Shown: positions 1 through 12,776 of the stretch, in pieces
Numbering within the stretch: the first letter of the stretch is position 1
How the letters are laid out: the number at the start of each line of letters is the position of its first letter
Source: Felis catus
Lineage: Eukaryota
Length of the DNA stretch: 64,000 bases
Direction of reading: 5' to 3'
NCBI RefSeq assembly: GCF_018350175.1
Contig: NC_058368.1
Location: 237,586,001-237,650,000, forward strand
Program-made: the position numbers and the translations under genes
The notes under the pieces: generated by a model
Databases searched by the model: none
What the model was told of the DNA's origin: nothing
Seen by the model: the letters and a program-made list of their open reading frames with translations, nothing else

Positions 1-175
1 GAAGCTGGTGCCTGGTCTGCCCTGGACTCCGCACCCCGTGCCCTTCCCTCGCTGGCCTGCAGGTGTCCTTTTGCTGTATTACAACGTGTTGCTGAGGGAG
101 ACGACACGCCAAGTCCTGGGAGTCCTCCCAGGGAGCTGCTGACCCTGGTGGTGGTCTTGGGGACCCCGGAACTGC
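1..175 (+). mobile_element. 3' part of MER21-like ERV LTR (runs off window start)
   Basis: gaagctggtgcctgg...agtcctgggagtcctcccagggag...gtggtcttggggaccccggaac resembles the MER21 LTR 3' end as remembered; diverged and GC-shifted. Confidence 0.65.
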
Positions 176-2508
176 GTCCTTTGAACTTGCGTCTTCACTC
201 ACACCCTCCCCTCCCCTCCTACTCGCCCACCAGGTTCTCAGTGACTGTTTTCTCATGAAATCTATAAACGGGGACCTTGGGGCTTAAGGAGGCCGATAGC
301 AGGAACCCAGAAGTGAAAGTTTAGAGGAGCCAGAGATGGAACCGAACGTCCACAGCGGTGGTTGGGGCACACGCTAGAGTCACTCGGAGGACACAGAGCA
401 GACCCTGTCTGGTGGGGGGCGCGTGGCCCTCTGCACGTGCCGTGAGACTCTATGGGAACTTTGTGTGACGTCACTTCACGGGATGAGCGTGTGGGACCGC
501 CATGGTGCTGCCGGCACGTTTCCCACCTGCTGGACAACAGGCTCCGCTCGGGCGTGGACCGGAGTCGCCCCGAGGCAGGAATCATCAGGGAGGCCCGTGG
601 AGAAGCGGGTGTAGACCATGGAGAAGAAGAGGGCAGGCCTGGGAGTCGGCACCTCCAGGATCGCCTCGGCATCCGGTGTAGCAGATCCACAGACCCCCTT
701 CAAGCAGGAAGGGGCTGGAAGTAACCTTGAGGGAGCACCCTGGTTTCTAGAATTTTCCTGTCTCTAAGACTTCGGTTGTGCTACCCAAGTTCTTCCAATC
801 TGCGTGGGAGTTTGAGCAGCATTGTGGGGAAGGGGGATTCGCTCGTGTCACGAGGACAAACCAGGGAGGAGCATCTCTCAGCACTGGCATCAGCCCCCAA
901 AGGGACACGGCTTTACTCGGTTTGCATGTGCCTGGGAAGGCGGAGGGGTGACCATGGTCACTGGTTGACGGGGTCTACCAGGACCACAAGATCTTCTTCC
1001 CTTGGGGGAGAGGCCACATCCTGTCTTCTTGTGCCCATTCCGAGTGCCCAGCGGGGCCAGAGCATCAACCTTCAGCACGTGCCGTTGAATGAGCTAGCCA
1101 TCTTGGCATTTCAGGCATCTTTATATTGCTTTGACCATGATCTCTTGAAAAACAAAGGCAATGAAATATAAAGTAACACATTTCCATCTCTTATTTACTT
1201 GCTTGCCAGATAAAGCATTCTTTTGGGAAATGCTGAGATACCACTGCTGGTGAAAGTAATGGATGAAGTCCTTTGGATCCCTGGAAATGGGTCTAAAGAT
1301 GGGCAGAATTTAGAAGAAATGGCAGTAACTTTGCATCGTTCTCTCATCCACTCTGGAAGCGGTTATTGAGAACCCACTATGTTCCAGACAACGTCACCGT
1401 AGATGTGAGAGCCCAAGACGCTGGGACAAGAATGTCAGGGGCAGGGGGACTCGGCTGTTCTGAGAAGCTCTGAGGGGGTTTCACGTGGGCTTGCCCAAAG
1501 GGCTTCAGTGCAGGCTGGAGCTCTGTGCAGAAGGCCCTAGAAGGCAGGGGTGAGGTGCAGAACCTGGGACAGGCAGGTGCATGGTGAGAGGGGTCTGGAG
1601 GCCACCTCCCAGGTTTGTCCCTACAGCCTCCCCCTCGGACACCTTTGTCCCGCACAAGGTGGGAAGCCACGAGGGTACGGGGGGTGGAGGATGGGTCACA
1701 CACAGTGGAGGCATGGTGCCCTGCGAAGGTCGAGGGGGTGGGGGAGGGTGAACTTCAGACTCCCGAGCAGGGCCTGGTGTGGCTACTGGGCCCTCGTGTT
1801 CTGCTTCTCTCTGAGTGCCCTGTGATTTTACGTGGTAGGTAGCCACTGGTGTGGGAAGGTCATGGTCTACACTAGTGTGCCCAACCTCGGATGCCACTGC
1901 TGTTTTCCCATATCGTGGACATGACCTTCTAACCACATTAATAATGAAATGTGAATCTGTTCCTCAGCAGTGACATACTAATTGTTGTCCACCAATGGCG
2001 TCTAGGGGACACAAATGTCACAACGATACTCTTAAGAGGAAACACAACCTTCAAAAGACACCACCGCTGAGAAAAACAAAAGCGTCAGCCACCATTTCCC
2101 TAGAGGGGTGGGCAACCCAGCATTTGTGGGGCAGACGTCTTGGTGCCTCGAGATAAAATGAAATCAAAATTTTAACATGAAAGCAGAGTTTGGTTCCTTG
2201 TGATTCCATAATTGCCTCACGTGGCCCATGTGAATGGGACTCCCTGGGGTGGGTGGTTCAGCAGGTGCAGAGGCCCTGCAAGGGAGGTGTGCAGGTGAGA
2301 CCATGCAGGGGAGGCCAGGGGGAGGTGAGGCTGGGGTCACAGCTACTTGTCTGATCCCAAGGGCACGTGGAAAATTCATTTTCTGCCTTTCTTGATTCAG
2401 ATGGGCATGTTTTGGGGCCTGGCAGACTACCTTTTACAGAACTTTGCCAAGATTTATAGTCTCTGAAGCTGTATATTGATAGATGGATTAAATAAAATAC
2501 TATACAAG

Positions 2509-2695
2509 ATAAGAGACTCTTAAAAACTGAGAACAAACTGAGGGTTGATGGGGGGGTGGGAGGGAGGGGAGGGTGGGTGATGGGTATTGAGGAGGGCACC
2601 TTTTGGGATGAGCACTGGGTGTTGTATGGAAACCAATTTGACAATAAATTTCATATATTGAAAAATAAATAAATAAATATTTAAAAAAATCAAAA
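2509..2695 (+). mobile_element. Felid L1 (L1_Fc-like) 5'-truncated 3'UTR stub with poly(A) tail
   Basis: ataagagactcttaaaaactgagaacaaactgagggttgatggggggg...gagcactgggtgttgtatggaaaccaatttgacaataaa followed by an A-rich tail; TSD aaaatactatacaag (2494-2508) / aaaatattacacaag (2696-2710). Confidence 0.93.
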
Positions 2696-3039
2696 AAAAT
2701 ATTACACAAGAATGGTAAAAATTAAATAAAAAAGAAATTCTATGTTTTCTTCTTATAGAACCTGAAGAATCAGTTCTACAATGTTAGGAAAGACAGTTTA
2801 CAAGAATCCACAACCTTTGAGGGTTAAAATGGAAGGAAAGAGTTATTTTCGTCACCTCAGGACCAGAGGCTTTGTTAATCAGTGTCTATTTTATGTTTAC
2901 TATTTGGCCACGGTCGGTCTAGGACTGTCTTCTGTGATTACTTTCTGACGACCAGCGATTAGGAAGTACCACTTCTACAGGGTGTGTTGCCAGATTTGGG
3001 GGATTATCTCCACTCGGATACACGGAAGATACTATCTTG

Positions 3040-3835
3040 CTGGGGTTTCCACAGGACGGACTGTGAGTGAAGTTGAGCAGATTTTGCCTTTGCCTCTTGT
3101 TCCGTGAGGTCTTCATTCTTCACAACTCTTCATTTCTGCAGCATCACCTCCTTTGCCTACACTAAAATGGCAAAGATTTCTTCTCTCAGTTTGTCATTTG
3201 TCCTTTGAGTTTCCTTATGGTGGTTCAATTTCTACACAAACGTTTTTATTTTTTGAAAAGAAAATTTTTATTATTATGTTTCTTTATTTTTGAGAGGCAG
3301 AGAGAGACAGAACATGAGCGGGGGAGGGGCAGGGAGAGAGGAAGACAGAGAATCAGAAGCAGGCTCCAGGCTCCGAGCTGTCAGCACGGAGCCCGACGCG
3401 GGGCTCGAACCCACGGACCGTCAGATCAGGAGCTGAGCCGAAGTCGGACGCTCAACCGACTGACCCACCCAGGCACCCCTTGCCACAAACATTTTAAAAA
3501 TTTTGTCATCAAATCTGTTGACACTTTATTGCTTTTGGATTTGGGGCCCTAATGATCCCCACTCCCATTCTAGAATTAAACCAACCCATGATTTTACATT
3601 GCTGTCTAATATTTCTGGTTTTATCTTTCAAGGTAAAATCTTTACTACGCCTGGCGTTCTTTCTGGTGTATGGTGTGAGGTATGGATCGAACTTTGTCTT
3701 TGCCCAAATGATGAGCCCAATGTCATTTATGAAAAACACTCGTTCTTTAAGACAGTGACTTGAGAGACCAACTTTACCAATGACCAGATTTTCGTTGGCA
3801 GTTTATTTTGCTCCTGGACTTTTGATTCCGATTTT
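3040..3835 (-). mobile_element. Ancient L1 (L1ME-like) ORF2 fragment, interrupted by the SINE at 3246-3479
   Basis: Antisense L1 motifs gtgaagttgagcag, tttcttctctcagtttgtcatttgtcctttga and ggtgtatggtgtgaggtatggatc...ttgcccaaatg; boundaries approximate. Confidence 0.6.
3246..3479 (-). mobile_element. Can-SINE (SINEC_Fc-like)
   Basis: T-rich tail, (GA)n tract, gaatcagaagcaggctccaggctccgagctgtcagcac, antisense B box and A box, head ending aggcacccc; degenerate TSD cacaaacgtttt / cacaaacatttt. Confidence 0.96.
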
Positions 3836-4861
3836 ATGGACTAAGAATCCCCACAATAGGTTCTAACATAATAAAATGCAGAAGTGCTCCTTAGCCCATG
3901 AGGCTTCTAAGAATTAGAATTCCTGAGTCTGAAGAGTTACCAGCGTTAGTGGGTTCCTTTGGGTTGATGCTGGGGAGAAAGCTGTGATAGGACCGTGGGG
4001 TGGACACGTTAGCCACTGTCCTTTAGCTCATCCAACACTGTGACATTTTCTGACTCTTGCTGTGAAGCGGCTTCTTAATTTGCTTGTCAGGACTGAATTA
4101 TACACATGTATATGTATTTCTCCCTATAAAAGGCAAACACTATTAACTCTCACTCACTGCAGACACAGCAAACGATTTCAGATGAGGGAACAGTTGTAAA
4201 AACAGAGAAAAGGTACAGCCACTGAAATTATTACCTTGAATCCAAGTCACAGACTGGAATCTGTCTTCTCCTAATCGAGGGAGGTGTTTGCACGGGACGG
4301 GGGAGCTCCAGTTGTGCAGGGAACACTCTCCTGGCGAGGGGAAACCCATCTGCTGGCTGCAGGACAGAGGCCCCTGCAAACTCGAGTGGAGCCGGGCGCC
4401 TCCCCCGGGAAACTGGGATTTATCTTCTTCCCGCTGGATGGGGATAGAGGCTTGCGGGGCAGCGGGAGCTTGCGTCTCCCCAGAATGAGATTCCCACACA
4501 ACTGCTGTGGCTTCTAGGGAAATACATCTCTTTGCTCAAGCTACAAAGAGCATAACCCATGCCTCCAAATGCCTGGAAACAAGTCAAATTTTACTGAAAA
4601 GAAAATATATTTGAAAACGCATCTTTATGAAAATGAAAGCTCCTCGGAAGTGAAACCGAAAAGAAGATTTTCTAGCACTGACAAGTCTTTCTTCCTTTTA
4701 TGAAAGCAAACAGTTCTCAAATATTAGGATCTGTGTTTGGTCTATATCTTTAAGTATCTTTTATAATCACCCTCTTCTTGGGATTTCCTGAACACAGTGG
4801 GGGCCGGGGAACCCCCACCCAACTTTTGAAGGAAATAAAATTTAGGCGTTTAAGAAAACCA

Positions 4862-5080
4862 GGGGCGCCTGCGTGGCTCAGTCGGTTAAGCGGCCGACTT
4901 CGGCTCAGGTCGTGATCTCACGGTTCCTGAGTTCGAGCCCCACATCGGGCCCTGTGCTGAGAGCTCAGAGCCCGGAGTCTGCTTCGGATTCTGGCTCTCC
5001 CTCTCTCTCCGCCCCTCCCCTGCTCGCGTTCTGTCTCTCTCTCAAAAATAAATATTTGAAAAAATAAAATAAAAATAAAA
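4862..5080 (+). mobile_element. Can-SINE (SINEC_Fc-like)
   Basis: ggggcgcctgcgtggctcagtcggttaag (A box), gagttcgagccc (B box), (CT)n tract, A-rich tail. Confidence 0.97.
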
Positions 5081-8000
5081 TAGAAATAACATTTGGTAAT
5101 TTGCCCTCAAAGAAAACATAAGAAACACATAGAAGTATACGGTACCAGTAAAGATTCTATAAACTCAAAAGACAATCGTTTTTTTTTTCTCGGGCAGAGG
5201 GGCGTTTGGAACTTTATCATGTCGACAACTTCAACAGCTTCAGCCAAACGAAGCTTCTGCGGTTCTGGGAGACGCCCCCGGGGCCCCGCTCTGAGTCACC
5301 TTCTCCTCCCCGGCTCCTTTACGGCCATCTCAGCATCTTTTCCAGATGTGCTTCTCTCTCCAGGTCAAGCCCGATTTAGCACGAGGCATATAATGTTGAC
5401 TATTAGCCACAGTAGAAAAGTTTTTCAAATAAAAATTATTGACCTTCTTCTCCCGAGCCCTCTCTCTCTTGCTGGCTCTTTAATTCGAGTGAGATACAAA
5501 AACACTGTGAAACTTACCACTGGTTTTTGTTTTTAAATCTCTGTAAGCAAAGTGAAACACTCTTTCTGGGATTTGCACAGTGTGGTGAGTCCGTGGCAAG
5601 CTTGGCCTTTTTTTGTCTACTGAGAAGGTGCTGCTTGCAGAAGCAGGGGCAATGCACGTGGATCCAAAGGGATGTTCTTTGAATATTTAATCCAACCGAA
5701 GTGAAATATTTTTGTAATGATGGTAAGTTTAAGAACTTCTTAGCCCACAAACATAGTTAAACATTTCTTATATTCAGTGATCGTTGGTGCCAATGAACTT
5801 CAATAACAAAAGAGGCTGAGTCGTTTTCCGCAAAGCTGTATTTTCCTCCAGTTCATGACTCGAAGATGTGGCAAAATTTGCTCACCTGTCCACCTGCTTT
5901 AAGCAGCACACCCCAAGTTAAGGGCACAGGGCCTCGGGGATGGGGGCCATCCACATGAAGCGTCAGGCTCACAGCCTGCTTACCTGGCCTTCCGGGGCCC
6001 AGCCCAAACACGCGGTGGTTTCTGGGGCAGCCCGGGAATGCTAGAGCCTTGGGTTTCCTTTTCAAACGGGGGTGGGATTGGCCACGCTTATCAACAACTT
6101 CTGGTCACCCGCCAAGGAGAAGAAGTTTATGCGTGCCTAGACCATTAAAAAAAAATGTTCGGAGGGTCTGACTTTGTTAGCAAGGCCAAATGATCTGTTT
6201 TTAATGTAAATATTTTGGCTCCGTTGAAAGTTAGCAAATCAAGGATTCTGCTATTCCTTCATTTTAGCTACTTTGGGATGATGGTTTGAAATATGCGTGC
6301 TAGAACAGGTCTGCACAACCGTGGCCGGTCGCGGGGCCCCTCTGGGGCTTGGTGTCGTTTGGGCCGCTGTGTGAGGCTGACAGGTCTGCGGCGAGATGCG
6401 GTGATGGGTGGAGGTCGGCAGCCCAGGAGGGGGCCTTCCGCACGGCGAGGTGGCCAGACTATGAGACCCAGTCTGCCTCAGGAGGGGAGGGTGGGGGACG
6501 GAGAGGGAGAGACACACATCTGTTGACTGACTGGCAGTTACCACTCACGTTTCTTTCGTCTCGGCTTCCCTGGTTAGGATGCGCAGGGGGTGTCAGGAGG
6601 GCTGAGGCTGTGCACAAACCTGCAACCACACCCGGCTGCGGGGCTCAGGGTCAGGAATCGGCCAGGGCCAACCGAGAGGCGCTGCTGGGCCCAGAGTCTG
6701 CGGTGCAGGCCTCGACCCGGGTGGGAGGGCAGGGGTGCGGCCGTGCCCTGGGCTCCGGGCTCCGGGGCCCCAACAAAACAAATCCTTGGCTGTTCAGGGG
6801 ATTTGAACACCCCACCGCCCCTCCTTCTGTGGAACAGCAGACCGAATCGCCCTTTATCACGACGTCTCGTGAGCAGTCCCAGGCTTCCCCGTGAGGCCCC
6901 GCTTTCCTCAGTGAGGAACGTTTCATAAGTGGTTTAGGCTTCGGATCCTTGCAAATTACGGCTCATTTGAATTTCAGGACTTAATGGGATCATGTTGCTT
7001 TAAGTATACTTGTATTTAAAAACAGCAAACGACTCCGCTCTCGGCAGCGACACAGTCTTGCTTTAAATTAACTTTATTAAATTCAAGAGAAAGGGCGTCT
7101 GTCTGAGGAAGATAGCCAAGAACGGGCGTGGCGGCCAGCCGGTCTGGAGCAGCGTGGGGTCGGGACAGGCCTGCGCCCCTGCCCCGTGGTGGCTCCGCGT
7201 GCGAGCCCCGGCCCAGGGCCAGAGGGGAGACCCGCGGGCCCGGTGTTGGCGACTCAGGCGGTGCGCAGGGGCCCAGACACCCCCCTTCCTCTTGGAGGAG
7301 AGCTGGGCCGGGGTCCTCTCCTGGCGCTGGTACCATGGGCTCATTGCCTCCCACTGCCAAACACAGGTACTTCTAGAAAACGGACCGAGGTACAAACAGC
7401 CTCAAAACCAGCTTGTGCTTAACTCACAGGCAAACCCTTTTCACAAGCGACCCCCTCAAGTGAAAACGGGTCCTTCCAGGCTGGGGCAAGCCCCATCGCC
7501 ACCCCAGAGGGCTCCCTTCTGCCTCCCTTGTGAAGTCACTTCAGCACGCGGACTTCTTTCCCGGAGGAGGCCCCGTTGGCCAAGTCCCCTTACTGGTGGG
7601 CGCCACGGTCACTCTGTCAGGAGACTGGAAGGACCGTGTCCGCTCCCTGCAGGCTGCAAGCTCCTGGCTGGGGCGGCTGGGCCCTCGAGTTGCCCGGAAG
7701 TGACCTGAAAACCTCGGGAGGCCCCTCGTGGGACTTCCAGTTCTGTCCCCCAAACCCGTGCCTGTTGGTGAATCGTTCCAAACACCTGCTGATTTTGAGA
7801 AGATGGCCAGTGTGAGTATCCACACGGCACCGTTCCCAAAACGAGAGGGACAAGAAGACAAGATTCGTCTCTTAAGAAAAAGTCCAAACTTCTGAACACC
7901 ATTCTCAGGAGCAGATGCTCTGCATGACAAGAGCGGACACGGAGGGAGAGAAGCACTTGATGCTTTGATAACTCGGCACCGAGGGCCCCGGTGGCAGGGA

Positions 8001-8139
8001 AGGGAAGGGGGGCGCCTGACCTGATGATCTTCACTCCCGACTAGGGGCGCCTCCCGTGCCAGGGACCCGGCCGAGAGACGACGGAGAGCCCTCTCCCTGG
8101 GGCTGCACTGGGGGGGGACACCAGGATCTGGGGGCCCCC

Positions 8140-8720
8140 CTGCTCACACAGGCAATGGTTTGCTCCTTCATTTACAAACGATAAAACACGAAGGCAATTG
8201 AACTTGAACGGTGAATGAGATCTGACATGGCTGATTTCTGCCCATTGTTGCTTTGGGATTTATTTATATTGGTGTTATTTATAGATGCCGAATACATATC
8301 ATCAAAGACACTGTGGTTTTAATCATTTTTGTGGAAGTCTGAATGTCACACATAATACTATTTTCATGAGAAAAAAATCCCCAAGCAAATGCAGTTAAAA
8401 CCAGGTTACGGAATATAAAGGAGAAAACGAAAACGGTATCCTTACTTTTTTATTTATTTTTATTTATTTTATTTTTTCTGGGGCTCCAGACTCCTTCAAG
8501 CTCGGGCCAATATCATGGACATTAGCACAATGGCCTTTACCCAAGCAAATGCTAATTTTTCAATGGTGGCAAAAATTAGAGAAACTCCGCGAGTTCCATA
8601 TTTTCTTCCTGTGAAACCGATGAAAATGTAAATGGGCTGTGCGCTTTTGTGTGGAAATTCTCTCCAGCTTTATCGCTCCTCTCCCACCCTCGCCCTGGAA
8701 TCCAATTATGTTACGGGCCG
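8140..8720. promoter_or_regulatory. AT-rich unique island, candidate conserved enhancer
   Basis: Non-repetitive AT-rich block in GC-rich flanks with CATTGT (SOX), ATCAAAG (TCF/LEF) and TTTAT/TAAT motifs; conservation not tested. Confidence 0.3.
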
Positions 8721-9479
8721 GGTGCAGGGCCCAGGGCGGTGCGGGGCGAGCAGAGGGGAGGCCGTGGGTTGAAGTCTTCTCGCAGCTCCCAGGACCCACC
8801 CTGGGAAGGCTTCCCTTTCCGTTTACATCTCGCAAAAAAGAATTATTAACCTTAAAATTGCAACCGGACGGGTCTCTTGGCCATTTGGGAGCTAACTTGG
8901 GATGAGCCAAAATGAAAGGTCCTGAGAGTAAATCGTGGCCCCTCCGGGGGCCTTATTTAATAGACGTGCATTTTCAGGAGCGTTGTTTGCGCTGGATTTG
9001 ATCTCGGTGCCACGTGGAAGACTCCGCCGAATTTCGGGCACCCGGAGCTCTGTGTCTTGGCCGACTCGTTTCCAGGGCCTTCCAGCAGGAGGCCCTCAGA
9101 GCCCCCGTCTGTGCGCAAGAGACCCCACCTGCGGCGGGGGCCCCCCCTTCCAGGAGGCCGTGTTTACGCGATCTTTATCTCGAGGTACTGTTGCAGAACC
9201 TTGGGGTAGCGCTCCCCTTGCAAAACAGCACCTGAGAAAGCTGCTTCCCCAAACCTGTTTCACCTTTTTCCTCCCCTCCCTCCGGTGACGGGTTGGGATT
9301 TACAGGTTTTCGCACTGTTGCAGCACCTGGGCTGATGTTATCGAGGCTCGAGAAATGCCTTGGAGGAGGGGTTAGAGCCACTTCATTAAGCAGGAACTCT
9401 ACCCTCAGAGCAAACGGAGTGTTTCGACTAACAACATTGCAGGGAACAGTTAATTCTGACGAGGCAGTCCTTGGACGAG

Positions 9480-9830
9480 GCTCAGATGGTCGGGGAGGAG
9501 CGGGCCTCCCGGCTGCCACCACCCCCCCCCCCCCGCCAGTCGGGGCCAGGAGGGGACCGCGAGGCCCGAGGCCCACCAGCGCCGCCCCCCAGGGAAGAGG
9601 GAGGCCGTGGACCGCACCCACCCGTGCAAACCACTCAGACTGCTGGGTGACCGTTCACCCTTTCAGGTCCGGGGCGAGGGGTCTTCCCGGTGAACACGCT
9701 GGGACGACAGATCCGATCGAAGCAGCCGTCCTGGCCCGGCCGGTGGCCCCCGGGGCTGCTGTGCCCGTCTCTCATCACACCGCGCCCCCGACGCCCCGTC
9801 ATTAGCCCCGGTCCTGGGGAGGCCGCACAC
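9480..9830. promoter_or_regulatory. CpG-island-like segment
   Basis: Very GC-rich with dense CpG and a long C run at about 9522-9534; CpG o/e not computed. Confidence 0.4.
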
Positions 9831-10011
9831 TGTGCACCGTGAGGCAGTTTGCTGCTGGAAAGATGTAATCTCGGGTCCCGGTTTGTAAGGTGCTCGGGGA
9901 CTGGGGAGTGGCCTGTGTCTTCTTTGACTCTGAGCTGTCAGCTATCGCTCAGGCTCCAGATAGCCATCAGACTGTGCCGAATGGGCTGCCTTTTTTCCCT
10001 TGTCTTTTCTT

Positions 10012-10013
<2 letters not shown>

Positions 10014-10044
<31 letters not shown>
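10014..10044. repeat. Poly(T) homopolymer, 31 nt
   Basis: Uninterrupted T run read directly. Confidence 0.95.
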
Positions 10045-10046
<2 letters not shown>

Positions 10047-12776
10047 ATCATTGCGATATGGCTATGACGATGAGAAGCCATGGCCGAGGAAGGCTGCTGA
10101 CTTGGGCATCTGGTGTGGTGACAGTGACCATGAGCACAGCAGGGAGCGAGCGCCTGGCTCCGGTGCTTGGGATGGGGGGGGGGCGGGGGGCACGGGGTGG
10201 GGTCACGGAGCGCAACAGCTGATGGCCAGCGGCTTCAAAGTAGGACCTTATTGTCACTCACATGAAAGAACATCTTTATACAGGCTGTTTCAAAGAATTT
10301 TCCATAATTATAACAAGTAGAAAATCAAGGAAGCAGAGGGACATGGAATTTTAGTCAGTAAATCAGTGCATCTTTTCTCTCCCATCTGTCTGCCATGTGA
10401 GTTGTTTCCTGGGCAGAATCCCTCTCGCCAGCCCCCCCAGGGAAGGCAGCTTGGTCACAGCAGAGGTGAGGGTCTCAGGTGATGCTACGGGAGGCTCGAA
10501 GGAGCAGATGGAGGGCCCAGGAGGAGGCCGCAGGACGGCCCAGCCCTGCCCGAGAGAACCCCCCCTTCACTTTCACTGACCCCCACGGCACAAGAACGTA
10601 ATGTCCCCTCCAGGGCTGTCGGGGCCTTAAATAAGAAGTTCTAGAACAGTGGGTGAGAGTCATTAAATTCTCCTCTCTTCCCACTGGAAATTTTACAAAC
10701 TATCCCCAAGGGCCCCGCGATACGTGAGCCAAAACCAAGCAAATTTAGATTCAGCTTTTATTTGTAGACAGTCACGTCAGATTTCAGACGCTTTGGAATA
10801 ACTTCCGAAAAAACATACGAGATAACAATGAAATAACTTTATTTGCATCGAAGGGTTAACTGTAAGCCACTGATGGTCAATGAACATCACACCTGTTGAG
10901 CGTGGATGGGACGACGCCTCCGCCCTCCCCCCTCCCTCCGCGACACCCCACTCCCCTGCCAGCCCTTCGGGAGGGAGGGGAGGCACACCTAAAGGGGGGC
11001 AGGCCGCGGAAACGCCCCGGATCGCTCTCTCCTGCTTCGTGCGGGAAACCAGGCAGGCAAGCTGAGGCCCGTTGGGGTCGGGCTCCATCTCTCTCCCTCT
11101 GCCTCAGGTTGTACCTGAGCACACGTGCCACTGCTCCGGACTTGTACCTGGGTCCACCCGGGCCACGGGCAGGTGGCCGTTGCCATCGTGTCCACTCTGA
11201 CCCTAAGGAGTGAGGGAGCTGCCCTCACGGACCCGGAGAAGGGGCCACACCCGCCGGGGCTCTGCACACGCACCTGCCCACACTCCAAGCTCTCGTTGGC
11301 CACGCATCCCGGCTCCTCGGTGGGTATGGGATCCCTGTTCCAGCTCTGAGCTCCTCATGGCCGGCAGACCTCGTCTGCCCGCGGGGCATCTGTTCTGAGC
11401 TCAGGTCCTGCCTCCAGTGCGAGGGCGGAACAGCACATCCTCCCGTTTGAAGGGCATCGGGACCGAGACCGGGTCAGCTGGCCGGGTGGTCCCCACGCCA
11501 GGACGGGGCGCCCCACCCAGGGGAAGGTCTGCTCGGCTGCCAGGACCTGAAGCCCAACACGCGGGGCCGGGGACCAGAGCACCGCGACCCCATGAGAGGT
11601 TCGGGGCACTTTCCACCTTTTTTAGGCAAATTAAACGAGCAGGCGACAAGAAGGACGTCAGTCCCTGAACACTTCCTGCTGTGGCCTCTACCCAGAGTCC
11701 GGCGCCCGGAGAAGCAAACACAATTACTGACAACAATGTGAAAACACCAACCGGGAAGGCTAATCTCTTGTTGAACCGACTTAAGCTTTGAGGCACGGAC
11801 GGCGGAGAAGCACGTTTCCGGTGACTTTCTAATGTCTCTTCTCTGTAAAACCGGTCCTCGAACGACGCGTCCGCCTGAGCGTGATGATTAAGACGGGGAA
11901 AGTGCGTCCCCGGAACGGCCCCGCCGTCTGGACGTGGAACAGCAGGACGCTTGCGGTTCCTCCACCGGCCTGTGTCTTTCCGTGGCCTTCCCAGGGGGCT
12001 GGAGGAAGTAGTCCCCTGGCTCCAGGAAATAAGCCACAGCTTGTTAAGGGAGCGTGGGGACACTTCTCAGAGGCGGCGGGGGGGGGGGGGGCACCGAAGC
12101 GCGCAAACGTTCCTGCACATCGCGTGGGGGGGACAAGAACTAAAGCTCTTTATCTTAAATTGACGTGAACAGAAAGATGAGCTTCAAAAAGGAAATGAGT
12201 CAGAGGCTCCGGGGTTGGGAACGTTCCCAGCAGCCGACTGGGGGTGATAATGACCCCGGGAAAGCCGGTAATGCGTGGGTTGCGGCTGGCACGGACTCGG
12301 CCAATGGCTTCCGAAAGGTCTTCTTTGCGTAGATTCGCACCCTCTGAATTCTGCCTCGATGAAACATCCTCCCAGGCCCCGAATCCAAGCAGGTCTATTG
12401 ACGCTCCGGGCCTTGGGTGGCGTTTGCTCCCAGTGACGGGTGGGCCGGCGCCTCTGACATCTTGGAAGTAGGCGCACAATTTTTATTTTCGTAGACGCTC
12501 ACAAAGGGGGTGTTACCACGAATCAGACTGTCCGCGTGATTCCTAGCTGGCTCACGACCCTCCTGGGCCTCCTTTCACCCCGTCTACACTCGATCACGTG
12601 AGACCTTGGCTGATCTCGGGATGGAGGTCCCAGACCCCCTCACGCGCTTCCAGCCGGCGCTCGGCACCGGCCCTCGGCCTCGGAGCCGCCGGGCGTCCAG
12701 GCACCGCCTTCCAACTTCTTTCCCAGACGGGACCTTTCTAGAATGCATCTTCCGATGTACCTTCTGTCTAATTCCT

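Noticed and set aside
466..473. Isolated perfect motifs: CRE (466-473, 27705-27712), MEF2 ctaaaaatag (24811, 59604) and many CACGTG
   Set aside because: Short motifs like these occur readily in 64 kb of CpG-rich DNA; no supporting context
4862..4945. tRNA-like A/B boxes in SINE heads as tRNA genes
   Set aside because: They continue into the Can-SINE body, (CT)n tract and poly(A) tail; these are SINEs, not tRNAs
4873..5067. Recurrent ORF family MAQSVKRPTSAQV...SSSP.SG (also near 12801, 32534, 41525, 42710, 61773)
   Set aside because: Translation of Can-SINE sequence, not a gene family
8380..8552. 13-mer direct repeat as the TSD of a retroposed insert
   Set aside because: The T-rich tract lies mid-interval (8445-8477), not adjacent to either repeat as target-primed insertion requires
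11401..12063. 220-aa minus-strand ORF
   Set aside because: No recognisable homology, no exon structure, GC-driven composition
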